Positions 1 through 9,256 of a stretch of 64,000 nt of DNA are shown piece by piece. Numbering within the stretch: the stretch's first letter is position 1; each line of letters starts with the position of its first letter. Both the position numbers and the translations under genes were made by a program. The notes under the pieces are model-generated. The model did not search any database, had not been told where the DNA came from, and saw only the letters and a list, made by a program, of their open reading frames with translations. This DNA comes from Candidatus Bathyarchaeota archaeon. GTDB taxonomy: Archaea > Thermoproteota > Bathyarchaeia > Bathyarchaeales > Bathycorpusculaceae. The stretch lies in the NCBI GenBank assembly GCA_963717465.1, contig OY970340.1, forward strand, positions 2,880,001-2,944,000, written 5' to 3'.

Positions 1-1322
1 GCGCTTGTGATTTGCCACTTCGGCCACTTTATAGTTAGCTTTTTTCGCAACGTAGTTCTTTTTGTATTCTGGGTCCTGTTTTGTTACTCCGCTTTTATCA
101 AGTTCTTCTTTAACCGTTTTTGTGCATCGCCAGGTACGAAATACTTTTGCTGTTAATTTGGGCATTTTTTCTGAGAGGAAACGCGATACCTTTTTGGAGT
201 CGATTCCTTGGAAAAGATATTCTTTAGTTTTATCGTTCATGTATTCTTTTATGTTCTTGATAACTTGTGGTGGCGCCTTTACTTCCTTTATCCATCTGAC
301 ACTGTCTTTGCCTAAGAAGTCAAAGTGAATTATGTCAGGTTCTTTTATCGTTATGTGTTCAGCTCTAAGAGTTATGGCACCAACCGTGTCAGCCTCATCA
401 GGGTCCTTTTCGTCACCAACCCTCATATTAGGCACCAAAATAAGCCATGAGACAGTTGCTACTTTGCGTCTTTCCTCATCCTTATCTTCAAGGTTTTTGA
501 GAATATGCTTTTCTATTACACCAATTTGCTTGCCAAGCGTTTCAGCCTTTTGAAACTTTTCCTTCTCTCTATTTTGTTTAAGAAAAGCTGAGTCGGAGAA
601 CCAAACGTACTTTATTTTTCCAGTCAGTTTGTCCTCCCATTTAGCAACATACATCTTGTTAGGTTCCCAAACTACACCCTTCCAGTTTCCAGTCGGAACT
701 GGCGCATCCTTAGGAAAGTTCAAAATTATGTCACACTCGCAGGGCCCTTCTTTCCATTTTCCACGTTGCGGGTGATCTCCACGTCCAGCAAAGAGGCAAG
801 ATGGCTCAGAGGTCCAGTTGGCTATTTCAAGTTTTTCGCCGTCAACTTCCGCATAACCATATTTCTCTTTGAGTTCAAGACGTTTCAGCTTTTCGCTGCT
901 CAGCCTGCTGCTTCTTTGCAACGGGATCCATGGATTGCTTTGCAAGTTTATCTTGAGTTACATAATCGTTTATTTCTGAAAAATCCACTTTATCATCCAG
1001 TATTTGGGGCATTGCACCGTTAGCTGCAGGCGGATCATTGTTTAAGTCTGCAATGTACTTGTTAGAGAAGTCTTCAAGAAAACTCAGAGGTAGGATTCTC
1101 ATTTCTTAATTGTTTTAAGAACTCCTGCATGAAGTTCTTTTTGAATAAGAGGTCAGGCGGAGAGGCTGCTGATTGCGCTTTGCGTATCCAAGCTTGTGCC
1201 ATTTGCTCGCTTTTCGGTTGCAGTTTTATGGTGTTCCCTTGGATTTTAATGTTGAAGCCTTTGTAATCGTAAACTGGAACGAATATTCCGTTATGTTTCA
1301 AACTTTTCATAACGTGCTTCAT
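1..1322 (-). CDS. top1B: DNA topoisomerase IB, eukaryote-like (split over 3 frames; 3' end runs off the window)
   Basis: Fragments 1074-1322 (SLKHNG), 875-1102 and a frame I translated from ~880 to 1: LKEKYGYAEVDG..EPSCLFAGRGDHPQRGKWK..NMRVGDEKD..FDFLGKDS..LTAKVFRTW..ANHKR. These carry the catalytic R, K, R and H residues of type IB topoisomerases; the catalytic Tyr lies beyond the window edge. Confidence 0.93.
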
Positions 1323-1466
1323 GTTTTAACCCTCAAAGCAACTCAAGTTTTATAGCCTCTTACCGCTTAATAATTGAAGCTTGCTTTTTGTATTTTTCGT
1401 GTAAACCGGGCTCTTATCTACTTCTAAGCGAAACTTAAAAACATTCACCTTTTTTACACTCAATTT

Positions 1467-1877
1467 TCAGCGGTCAAACAGTAATTTTTGCTTCCTTGCC
1501 GACCGTGGAATTTGAAGTTTCTTGTACACCATTTCAACATTTTTCCTTTCAACAAATCCTTTGTGAGGACGAAAACCTCCAGAGAAACCACCTGGGATAT
1601 GCATGAGTTCATGGATTAACGTTTTTTCTTTATCTTCAGGCGACATTTTATCATATATTTCCGAGATTACTTCAATCGTGTAAGAAGGCGGCAGGTTCAA
1701 CACGCCCTGCCAAATCTTGCCTAAACCATGAATTCGCGCAATGGTGCGTCTAGCTTTGGAGCCTTTGCTTCTGACGCAGTAAACGAATTGGGGAACGACA
1801 TGGTAGAACTCGCACTCTTGTGCTAACTGATCCACTTGCTTTTTTATTTCTGGAGCATCAAAATATTTTATGGGCGT
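1467..1877 (-). CDS. Putative small zinc metallopeptidase (HExxH); start uncertain (GTG 1835, or ACG 1877 / ATA 1871)
   Basis: TLIHELMHIP motif. The frame stays open 14 codons upstream of the GTG (xPIKYFDAPEIKKQ). Confidence 0.7.
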   Translation of the reverse strand, partial: TPIKYFDAPEIKKQVDQLAQECEFYHVVPQFVYCVRSKGSKARRTIARIHGLGKIWQGVLNLPPSYTIEVISEIYDKMSPEDKEKTLIHELMHIPGGFSGGFRPHKGFVERKNVEMVYKKLQIPRSARKQKLLFDR

Positions 1878-1919
1878 AGGCTAAACCTTCCTTGAAGCTT
1901 TGGATTGAAATTGTTAGGT

Positions 1920-4572
1920 TTAGCTTTTAAAGCTAAGCATTTCAATGTGCTTCTTGATTTCCATCCAGAATGTAGCTACAAAAGCAACTACAATGATTAG
2001 CACCCAGTAAAGAACGTTTATGCTTTGCAACATCAAGGCACTTGAAACTCCTGGAACGTTAACAACAATAAGCACGGTGGCTATAGCAGCTGCCGCCCAA
2101 ATCAGCATAAGCTTGTTAGAGCGCAACCCTAGGTGCGTTAATGGTTCACGTTCAGAACGGAAGTTGAAGGCTAAGAAAATGTGTCCAAACATCCAGGTGG
2201 CAAACGCAACAGCTTGCGCTTGGCTGACGTAATGACAGAAACGGATGTATAGTGAGCGAATAGGTAAGTGGCGGTTACGGCAGCAAATAGACTTGCAGCG
2301 CCCATTGCGATGCCGTAGTACATGTTTCTTGTTCAGGAATTTCTCTTTTGAATTTCTAGGCTGCCTATTCATCACGTCTGCTTCTTCAGGTTCAGCGGCA
2401 AATGTGGCTGAAGCTCCCAGATCCATGAATAACTCTAAGACAATGATTTGTATGGGCGAGAATGGTAACGGAATGCCAAGAGCAATTGGCACAAGGAATA
2501 TTGAAACCAAGGCTATCTTGCAGGCTAAATAGTATCGTACCCCTTTGCTTAAGTTGCTGAAAAGCTTGCGGCCTTCTTTGACTGCCGTCTTGATAGTTGC
2601 AAAGTTGTCGTCTGTTAAAATCATGTCTGCTGTTTCTTTAGCGACGTCAGTGCCGCGTACACCCATCGCTATGCCTATGTGCGCTTCTTTAAGTGCTGGG
2701 GCATCATTTATGCCGTCGCCTGTGACAGCCACTACTTCGCCTTTCTCTTTAAGCAAGTGGACTAAACGCAATTTATCTTCTGGTGAAACTCTTGCGAAAA
2801 CATGCGTATCGCTAAATGCCATTTTAAGAGTTTGATCGCTTAAAGATGATATTTGGCTGCCCGTTAAGACGTTAGCCGCTGTCTATTCCTACTTGTTGCG
2901 CGATTGCTCGTGCGGTTTCAGGGTGATCTCCAGTTATCATGATAACGTCGATTCCGGCTTCTCGACATGTCCTAATCGCATCCTTGACTTCTTTGCGTGG
3001 CGGATCAAAAAAGCCTACAGATGCCTACGAAAACAAGGTCTTTTTCAACTTCTTGTTTTTCCCCGTTATTATGCATTCGATGATAGGCGAAAGCTAAAAG
3101 CCGCTCGCCAGCTTTAGCCATGTGTACTATGTCTTTCATTAACTTCTTTTCTAAGTGAATCGGTTAATCCGATTTCTTCGCCGCCTAAAAGAATACGGTT
3201 TGAATTTGCCAAGACATATTCAGGTGCTCCACTTGATAACGCCACTTCAGCGTTTCCATAATGGTAGATGTATGAGGCCAATTTGCGTTTAACATCAAAA
3301 CTTAACTCGTCTTTGAGCACCCATTCCTGCTGCAACTTTTGAATGTCAACGCCACTTTTAAGCAGGTGTTCTTTAATCGCATTTGCCATCGGATTGGAAG
3401 ATTACATTTTCATTCAAGTTTTTGATGGCGTCACTTGCTAAGAATGCTGTTCTTAATGCTGCTTTCTCGTTTTCCTTGAAATCTTTGGATGCGGTGACTG
3501 CGTTGTCAAAGTACATGTTGATTAATTGCATTTTGTTTTCGGTTAGTGTCCCAGTTTTATCAGTAGCAATAACAGTGGCGTTGCCAAGAGTTTCGGCGGC
3601 GCGAAGACGCTTAACAATAGCTCCTTTCTTGGATAATGCGTAACCCCCAATGCCTAGAACCATCGTTATTATAATCGGCAATTCCTCAGGAATAACCACA
3701 AACGCTAAGGATAGCCCGTACAATACTGCGTTTGCCAGGGTTAGCGGATTGGGACCTGAAGCATAACGGAAATAACTTAAAAGTGGAATCAAAACGCTAA
3801 AGAAAATTGCAATCCAAACAAGTGATTTAGTAAGCTGCTTCATGGAGAGCTGCAATGGAGTTTTAGGTTCTTTTGCCGCTTTTGTTATGCCTGCAATTCT
3901 TCCAAGCTCCGTCTTTACGCCAGTTGCAACGATTAATGCTTTGGCTCGTCCTTTTGTAATTATTGTTCCTGTGAAAACCATGTTCGTCTGGTCAGTAATC
4001 TTGGTTTCAGAAGGCAAAACCGTGTCAGCGTCTTTCTGAGCGGGAAATGATTCACCGGTTAATGAGGATTCATCAACCTCTAATCCGTAAGCTTCTAGTA
4101 GCCTTGCGTCTGCTGGAACACGTTGACCCATTTTCAAAATTAAAATGTCTCCTGAAACAAGCTCGGTTGTTGCGACTTCTTTTATTTTATTATTTCTTAG
4201 AACTAGAGCTGTGGGCGGCGCAAGCTGTTTCAGCGAGGCAACTGAGCGTTTTGCCCGATATTCATTCCAAACTTCAACCATGACTAAGATGATTATTATT
4301 ACAATTATTGTTAAAGCATCTGTGAAACCGCTGCCTGAATAGTAACCTAAAATCGTGTAGAGAACGCCGACGGCGAAGAGAAGCAGAATCATTGGTTCAG
4401 TAATCTCTTCTTTTAGGATGTCGAGAAAACGAATTCTTCTCTCTTCAACTAACTTGTTTTCACCGTATTTTTTCAGCCTTTGTGCTGCCTCTTCACCAGT
4501 TAATCCAACCTGCGGATTTACGCCTGATGCTTGAGTTAACTCTTGTACTTCTTTACTGTGCCATTGGCTCAT
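1920..4572 (-). CDS. Cation-transporting P-type ATPase (type II, Ca2+-ATPase-like), multiply frameshifted
   Basis: [20 protein letters not shown] (phospho-Asp), ITGDHPETA near 2915-2945 and [11 protein letters not shown], spread over fragments 3373-4572, 3114-3389 and 1920-2822. Confidence 0.92.
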
Positions 4573-4731
4573 TGGCAGTCACCTAGGCTTACTCTAAGTC
4601 GGTAATAATTAGACTTTCGATAAAAGTCGTTTTGCTTAAAAAGGCTTGCGTAATTAATTGCTAAAATTTAAAGTCTGGTTGAAACCGCTTTTTCAATGTT
4701 TGTGTGCTAGCATCAAAAAAAGTGTCACGGT

Positions 4732-5163
4732 TTATTGAATGTAGGGCAAAGTTTTACTTTGTTCTTCTCTAATCAGCTTCATAGACTCATATTGCGCTTC
4801 GATGAGAATTTTTAAGGCGTCAATATTCTTTTTTATATCATCTAACTCAGCACTTTTCTGGAGTTCACCTGACTTCATAACTTGCTCATTTAATTTTCCA
4901 ACAGACACTTCAAGCACCTTAACTTTGAACACGAAAATTTGAAGAATATAGAGCAAACTAAGTTGGGAAGATAATTGTTCTAGGCGATCAAGATCTAATG
5001 TTTTACCAACGAAAGCTTTTGTTTTTTGATCCTCAGTGGATTGCGACGATTTAAGAATCTGCTCGTAAACTACCGCTTTCTTAGAAGCAATTTCTTTTGA
5101 TTCATCAAGGGTTCTTTGTATCCTTTTAGTAGTCTTATCCAGTAAGTCTATAACTTCATCCAA
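4732..5163 (-). CDS. Hypothetical helical/coiled-coil protein
   Basis: 143-aa ORF with heptad-like K/E/L/Q composition and a GAGG SD-like sequence upstream of the TTG. Confidence 0.7.
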   Translation of the reverse strand: MDEVIDLLDKTTKRIQRTLDESKEIASKKAVVYEQILKSSQSTEDQKTKAFVGKTLDLDRLEQLSSQLSLLYILQIFVFKVKVLEVSVGKLNEQVMKSGELQKSAELDDIKKNIDALKILIEAQYESMKLIREEQSKTLPYIQ

Positions 5164-5853
5164 AGCTTATTCCGCCTCTAACAATACCCTGCCCATGAAT
5201 GAAATTGCCCCAAATATATAAGGTAAACTCAAAACATTATCGATGACAAGTAGACGTACAGAAGAGAACCAATTAACCAAATTATCAATAAATGGAATGC
5301 TTTCGAGGTCTTTCAGCCAAAGGTTTCAGTTACTTGAACATTTTAGAAAATTCAGATCGTCTTCGTACATGACCTCAAAGAGTGGCATCGAGCCACCAAG
5401 TATTTAGGTACAATACTACACTCTATTAACATCAGTCTAAATGGAGATGCACACATGCCATCCCTAGCAAATAAGAATAAAACAAAAAAGAAAAAACATG
5501 AAGAAAAGATAGGCAAATAGTAAATCTCATCAACTTCACCCAAAACATAATTGAGATGTTAAAATACGTGAAGTTATCCCAATCTGTCTTTAGCTTTCCT
5601 TTCTTAATTCTCTTGCAAGATTTTTTTGGCGCAAATACGATTGCAACAAGAGAAATCCTTTGCGCCGTAATTTTTTCGTCACTTTCTAATAAATTTTGAA
5701 CAAGAAAAGAGACGTCGTTCTTATTAGATACCCTGCTAGTCTTGTAATGTTTCTCGCGAGCTACTTCTTAGTTTTTTGCCATAATTTTTAGGTAGCGTGG
5801 ACAAAACTGAAGCAAATTTTTTAAAATATTAAGCGACTGATTAGTAAAGGCAA

Positions 5854-6126
5854 TTAAGATAGCAGATTAAAAAGCAGGGCGTTTAAGGTTTCTCGATTTT
5901 TTATGCTGCGGAAAATTATTTTGCCGCTACTGTAAACTCGAAAGGAATTGCCTTCAAACGTTAATTCTTTAATTATGCCGCCGCCAATAGAGTTTTTAAG
6001 TTGGGCTTTTTTGAGGATTTTTGCGACTGCTTCCTCTTTTTTTTCAAATTTTAAGACGACTACTACGTCTTTTTCTTCTCCGCAGGTGCCTTCGATGTTT
6101 GCTACATAATCTTCTACAATGCCCAT
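5854..6126 (-). CDS. Hypothetical protein, last gene of the Fe-S/sulfur operon
   Basis: ATG directly follows the sufS stop (TAAATG). Single Cys in GTCG; C-terminal FRVYSSGKIIF. Confidence 0.75.
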   Translation of the reverse strand: MGIVEDYVANIEGTCGEEKDVVVVLKFEKKEEAVAKILKKAQLKNSIGGGIIKELTFEGNSFRVYSSGKIIFRSIKNRETLNALLFNLLS

Positions 6127-7362
6127 TTAGAGTTCTTCAAACTCCTTAAGAACTTCGATGAAACGGTCGATTTCTTCGGTTGTGTTGTAGATGTAGAAGC
6201 TTGCTCTTGCTGAAGATTCGAGTTTGAAGGCTTGATGAAGGGGTTGTGCGCAATGGAATCCGCTTCTTATCATGATGCCGTAACTGTCAAAGAAAAGGGC
6301 AACATCATGTGATGATAAACCTTTAACATTAAATGGAATGATTCCGCATTTTAGGGGTGAATCATTTGGTCCGTAAATGGTTACTTTACTGAATTCCTTC
6401 ATTTTTTTAATGCATACTCTGTTAACGATTTTTCGTGGTTAAAAACTTCATTCATTCCCAGATTTTCAAGGTACTTTACTGCGTGCATTAGTCCGATTGC
6501 GCCGCAAATGTTTGGGGTTCCTGCTTCGAATTTCCATGGAATTTCATTGAAGGTGACTGTCACAGCTCTTTTTTCCTTGGTTGTAGGCGACTTCTTTTAT
6601 CATTTCGCCGCCGCCTTGGAAAGGCTCCATTTTTTTAAGCAGTTCTTTTTTGCCGTAAAGTGCTCCGATGCCTGTTGGACCCAGCATTTTATGGCCTGAA
6701 AAAGCTAAAAAGTCACAATCTAAATCCTGAACATCAATTTTCATATGTGGAACTGATTGAGCTCCATCTACGAGCATCAATGAACCGTTGTCATGTGCTG
6801 CTTTGCCAATTCGTTTAACATCGTTTATTACTCCGCTGACATTTGAAACTTGACTTAGACATGCAATCTTGGTTTTCCTAGTAAATTTGCTTTCAAAATC
6901 CTCGTAATCTAATGTGCCGTCCTCGTGAACTTTAGCATACTTAATCTTGAACCCTTTCAGTTTTGCAACGATTTCCCAAGGAACAATGTTACTGTGATGC
7001 TCCAATAACGAGACTAAAACTTCATCTCCCATTCCCAGCTCGCTTAAGCCCCATGAGTAGGCAACCAAGTTGATGGCTTCAGTTGCTCCCCGAACAAAAA
7101 CGATTTCAGATGAATCTCGAGCATTAATGAAACTGCCAATTTTTTCTCGGGATTTTTCGTACAAATCCGTTGCTTCCAAAGACAATGTGTGAACAGCTCG
7201 ATGAACGTTAGCGTTATAGTTCGAGTAAAAGTCAACAATTGAATCGATTACTTTTTGCGGTTTCTGCGTAGTCGCTGCATTATCAAAGTAGATTAGTGGA
7301 TAATTGTTCACTTGTCTATTTAAAATCGGAAAATCATCGCGTATCTTGGCAGTGTCCAGAAT
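6127..7362 (-). CDS. sufS: Cysteine desulfurase, SufS (group II) type, frameshifted near 6400-6550
   Basis: KIRDDFPIL, YFDNAATTQKP, NANVHRA, EHHSN, DGAQS, FSGHKMLGPTG (PLP Lys), FEAGTPN, IRSGFHCAQP (catalytic Cys) and RASFYIYN. Confidence 0.93.
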
Positions 7363-7868
7363 TATTTTTCTGCCTCCGGTTTTAACCGCTTAGACAAGGT
7401 TTTAGCTAACTCTTCTTCTTCTAAAGCTTGCTTCTCCTCAAAGGTGCTTTCAGCAGGTAGCCAGCTTGGAGCAGATACGCCTTTATCAGTATAGTATTTT
7501 CTGATTGCCCTTTTCATTGCTCCTACGGCGAGAACTCCGCAGTGAAATTTAACGCTGGGCAATCCGCCGATTTCCTCAGTTACTTTCTTCCAAGTAATAT
7601 CTTTCCATGCAACTTCAAGGCTTAAACCCTTAACCATTTCCGTTACTATACTTGAAGTGGCAATGTTCGCTGCGCAGCCGTAACTTTCAAAGGTTGCTTT
7701 CTCAATTATTTCCTGAGCACTAATTTTCAAGTAGAAAGTTATCATATCTCCACAAGCAGGGTTTCCAGCAACGGCTACAACTGTGGCATCATCCATTTTT
7801 CCCAGGTTCTTTGGGTTTCTGAATAAATCCATCACTTTCTGATTATAAGGTAACGGTATACGTGACAT
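7362..7868 (-). CDS. iscU: Fe-S cluster scaffold, IscU/NifU-N family
   Basis: GNPACGD, FESYGCAA and KFHC give the three Cys plus His of IscU; acidic/basic C-terminal tail. Confidence 0.93.
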   Translation of the reverse strand: MSRIPLPYNQKVMDLFRNPKNLGKMDDATVVAVAGNPACGDMITFYLKISAQEIIEKATFESYGCAANIATSSIVTEMVKGLSLEVAWKDITWKKVTEEIGGLPSVKFHCGVLAVGAMKRAIRKYYTDKGVSAPSWLPAESTFEEKQALEEEELAKTLSKRLKPEAEK

Positions 7869-7870
7869 AC

Positions 7871-9094
7871 TTAATCAACTCCTGTGGAACCAACTATTCC
7901 CCTTATTCTATTTACTGCCGTTGGTAAAACATCTAATACGTAAGCTATATCTTCTTCTGTATGATACCGCGTGGTTTTCATCAATATGCTTCCATGAGCT
8001 TCACTATACTTTCGGCCAATAGCTACTAGAACATGGCTGGGTTGAAGCAGCCTTCTGCTGCAAGCGCTGCCGCTGGAAATGTAAACGCCTTTAAGGCTTA
8101 ACTCAATGGTCAAGGCTTCGCCTTCACAACGCATTACGCTGATGTTCGCGTTATCCGGTGAACGCTTATTTCCTTTTGGACCGTTAAACCGTAAATCAGT
8201 AAGTTCTGCGAAAATTCCATCTACGAGTTTGTCTCTTAATTTGCTCATGTAACTTGTGTTTGCTTCAAAATTTTGGAAGGCAAGTTCTGAGGCTTTAGCG
8301 AAGCCAACAATTAACGGTGTATTTTCAACTCCTGGCCACAGTTTCTGTGTTCCTATTTGCCCTTCAAGTATGCGGTCCATGTTTACGCCTTCGCGAAGAT
8401 ACATCGCACCCATGCCTCGTGGACCCTGAATTTTATAGCTGCTTACCGTTGCTAAATCAACATTTAGCTTTTGAACGTTAAAAGGAACTCGTCCGTAAGC
8501 GTCTGTTGCGTCAGTGTGAAATAGAGCTTCTGGATTTTTGTCTTTAACGATTTCCACTGCTTCTTTTATCGGCTGTATAGTTCCCAGTTCATTACTTACA
8601 GTTGAAATACTAACTAAAACCGTATCCTTGTCAACGGCTTCTTTTAGTGCCTCAAGTTTTATGAAGCCCTCGTTATCAACAGGAATTTTAGTCGTAGTAA
8701 AACCGAATCTCTGCATTAAGTCAGTAACATGCAGAACGTTGACTGGTTCAATTTCTGAAATAACAATTTTCTTCCCCTTGTTTTTCTGAGCAAACGCTGA
8801 ACCCATAATGGCCAAATTATTCGCTTCTGTTTCTCCAGGTGTGAAGGTGATTTCTTCGAGAACTTTTGCTCCCATGTACCCAGAGATTTTTTGGAACGCA
8901 TTCATTATTACTTCGAAGGCTTCCCAGCCGGGTTTATGGGTGAGCGTTGGGTTGCCGTATGCCTTCTGGTTAAAGTAGGGCAGCATAGCATCAACTACTT
9001 CTTGTGGGACTATGCTTGAGTTTTCGTTGTCTAAGTAGACTTCGTGAGGTATTCCTTCATGAAGTCTTAGCAATTCCTTAATATTTTCAACCAT
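7871..9094 (-). CDS. IscS/NifS-like (group I) cysteine desulfurase homolog with divergent active-site motifs
   Basis: VYLDN, YGNP, SSYKIQGPRG and SSGSACS. Start placed at ATG 9094 (MVENIKELL). Confidence 0.85.
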   Translation of the reverse strand: MVENIKELLRLHEGIPHEVYLDNENSSIVPQEVVDAMLPYFNQKAYGNPTLTHKPGWEAFEVIMNAFQKISGYMGAKVLEEITFTPGETEANNLAIMGSAFAQKNKGKKIVISEIEPVNVLHVTDLMQRFGFTTTKIPVDNEGFIKLEALKEAVDKDTVLVSISTVSNELGTIQPIKEAVEIVKDKNPEALFHTDATDAYGRVPFNVQKLNVDLATVSSYKIQGPRGMGAMYLREGVNMDRILEGQIGTQKLWPGVENTPLIVGFAKASELAFQNFEANTSYMSKLRDKLVDGIFAELTDLRFNGPKGNKRSPDNANISVMRCEGEALTIELSLKGVYISSGSACSRRLLQPSHVLVAIGRKYSEAHGSILMKTTRYHTEEDIAYVLDVLPTAVNRIRGIVGSTGVD

Positions 9095-9256
9095 ATAACA
9101 TCCTAACCTTATTAGTTGAATCGATAACTTGCTTTCACCTTTACTAGGCAAGTTCAAATAGAAAAACGTAGCTGAAAAAACAATCTCGATGGCTAACACT
9201 ATTAATCAGGACTATTCTTATTTTGCTATTAAATATCAAGAAATAGTGAGAATAAA

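Noticed and set aside
5164..5853. 63-aa ORF 5352-5543 and short inverted repeats (ggcgcaaa/tttgcgcc) in a long spacer
   Set aside because: The ORF is low-complexity with no motif, and the 8-bp arms are too weak to support an RNA or mobile-element call.
9095..9199. 35-aa N-terminal extension of the IscS-like ORF
   Set aside because: It runs through the divergent promoter region shared with hel308. ATG 9094 gives a normal family N-terminus.
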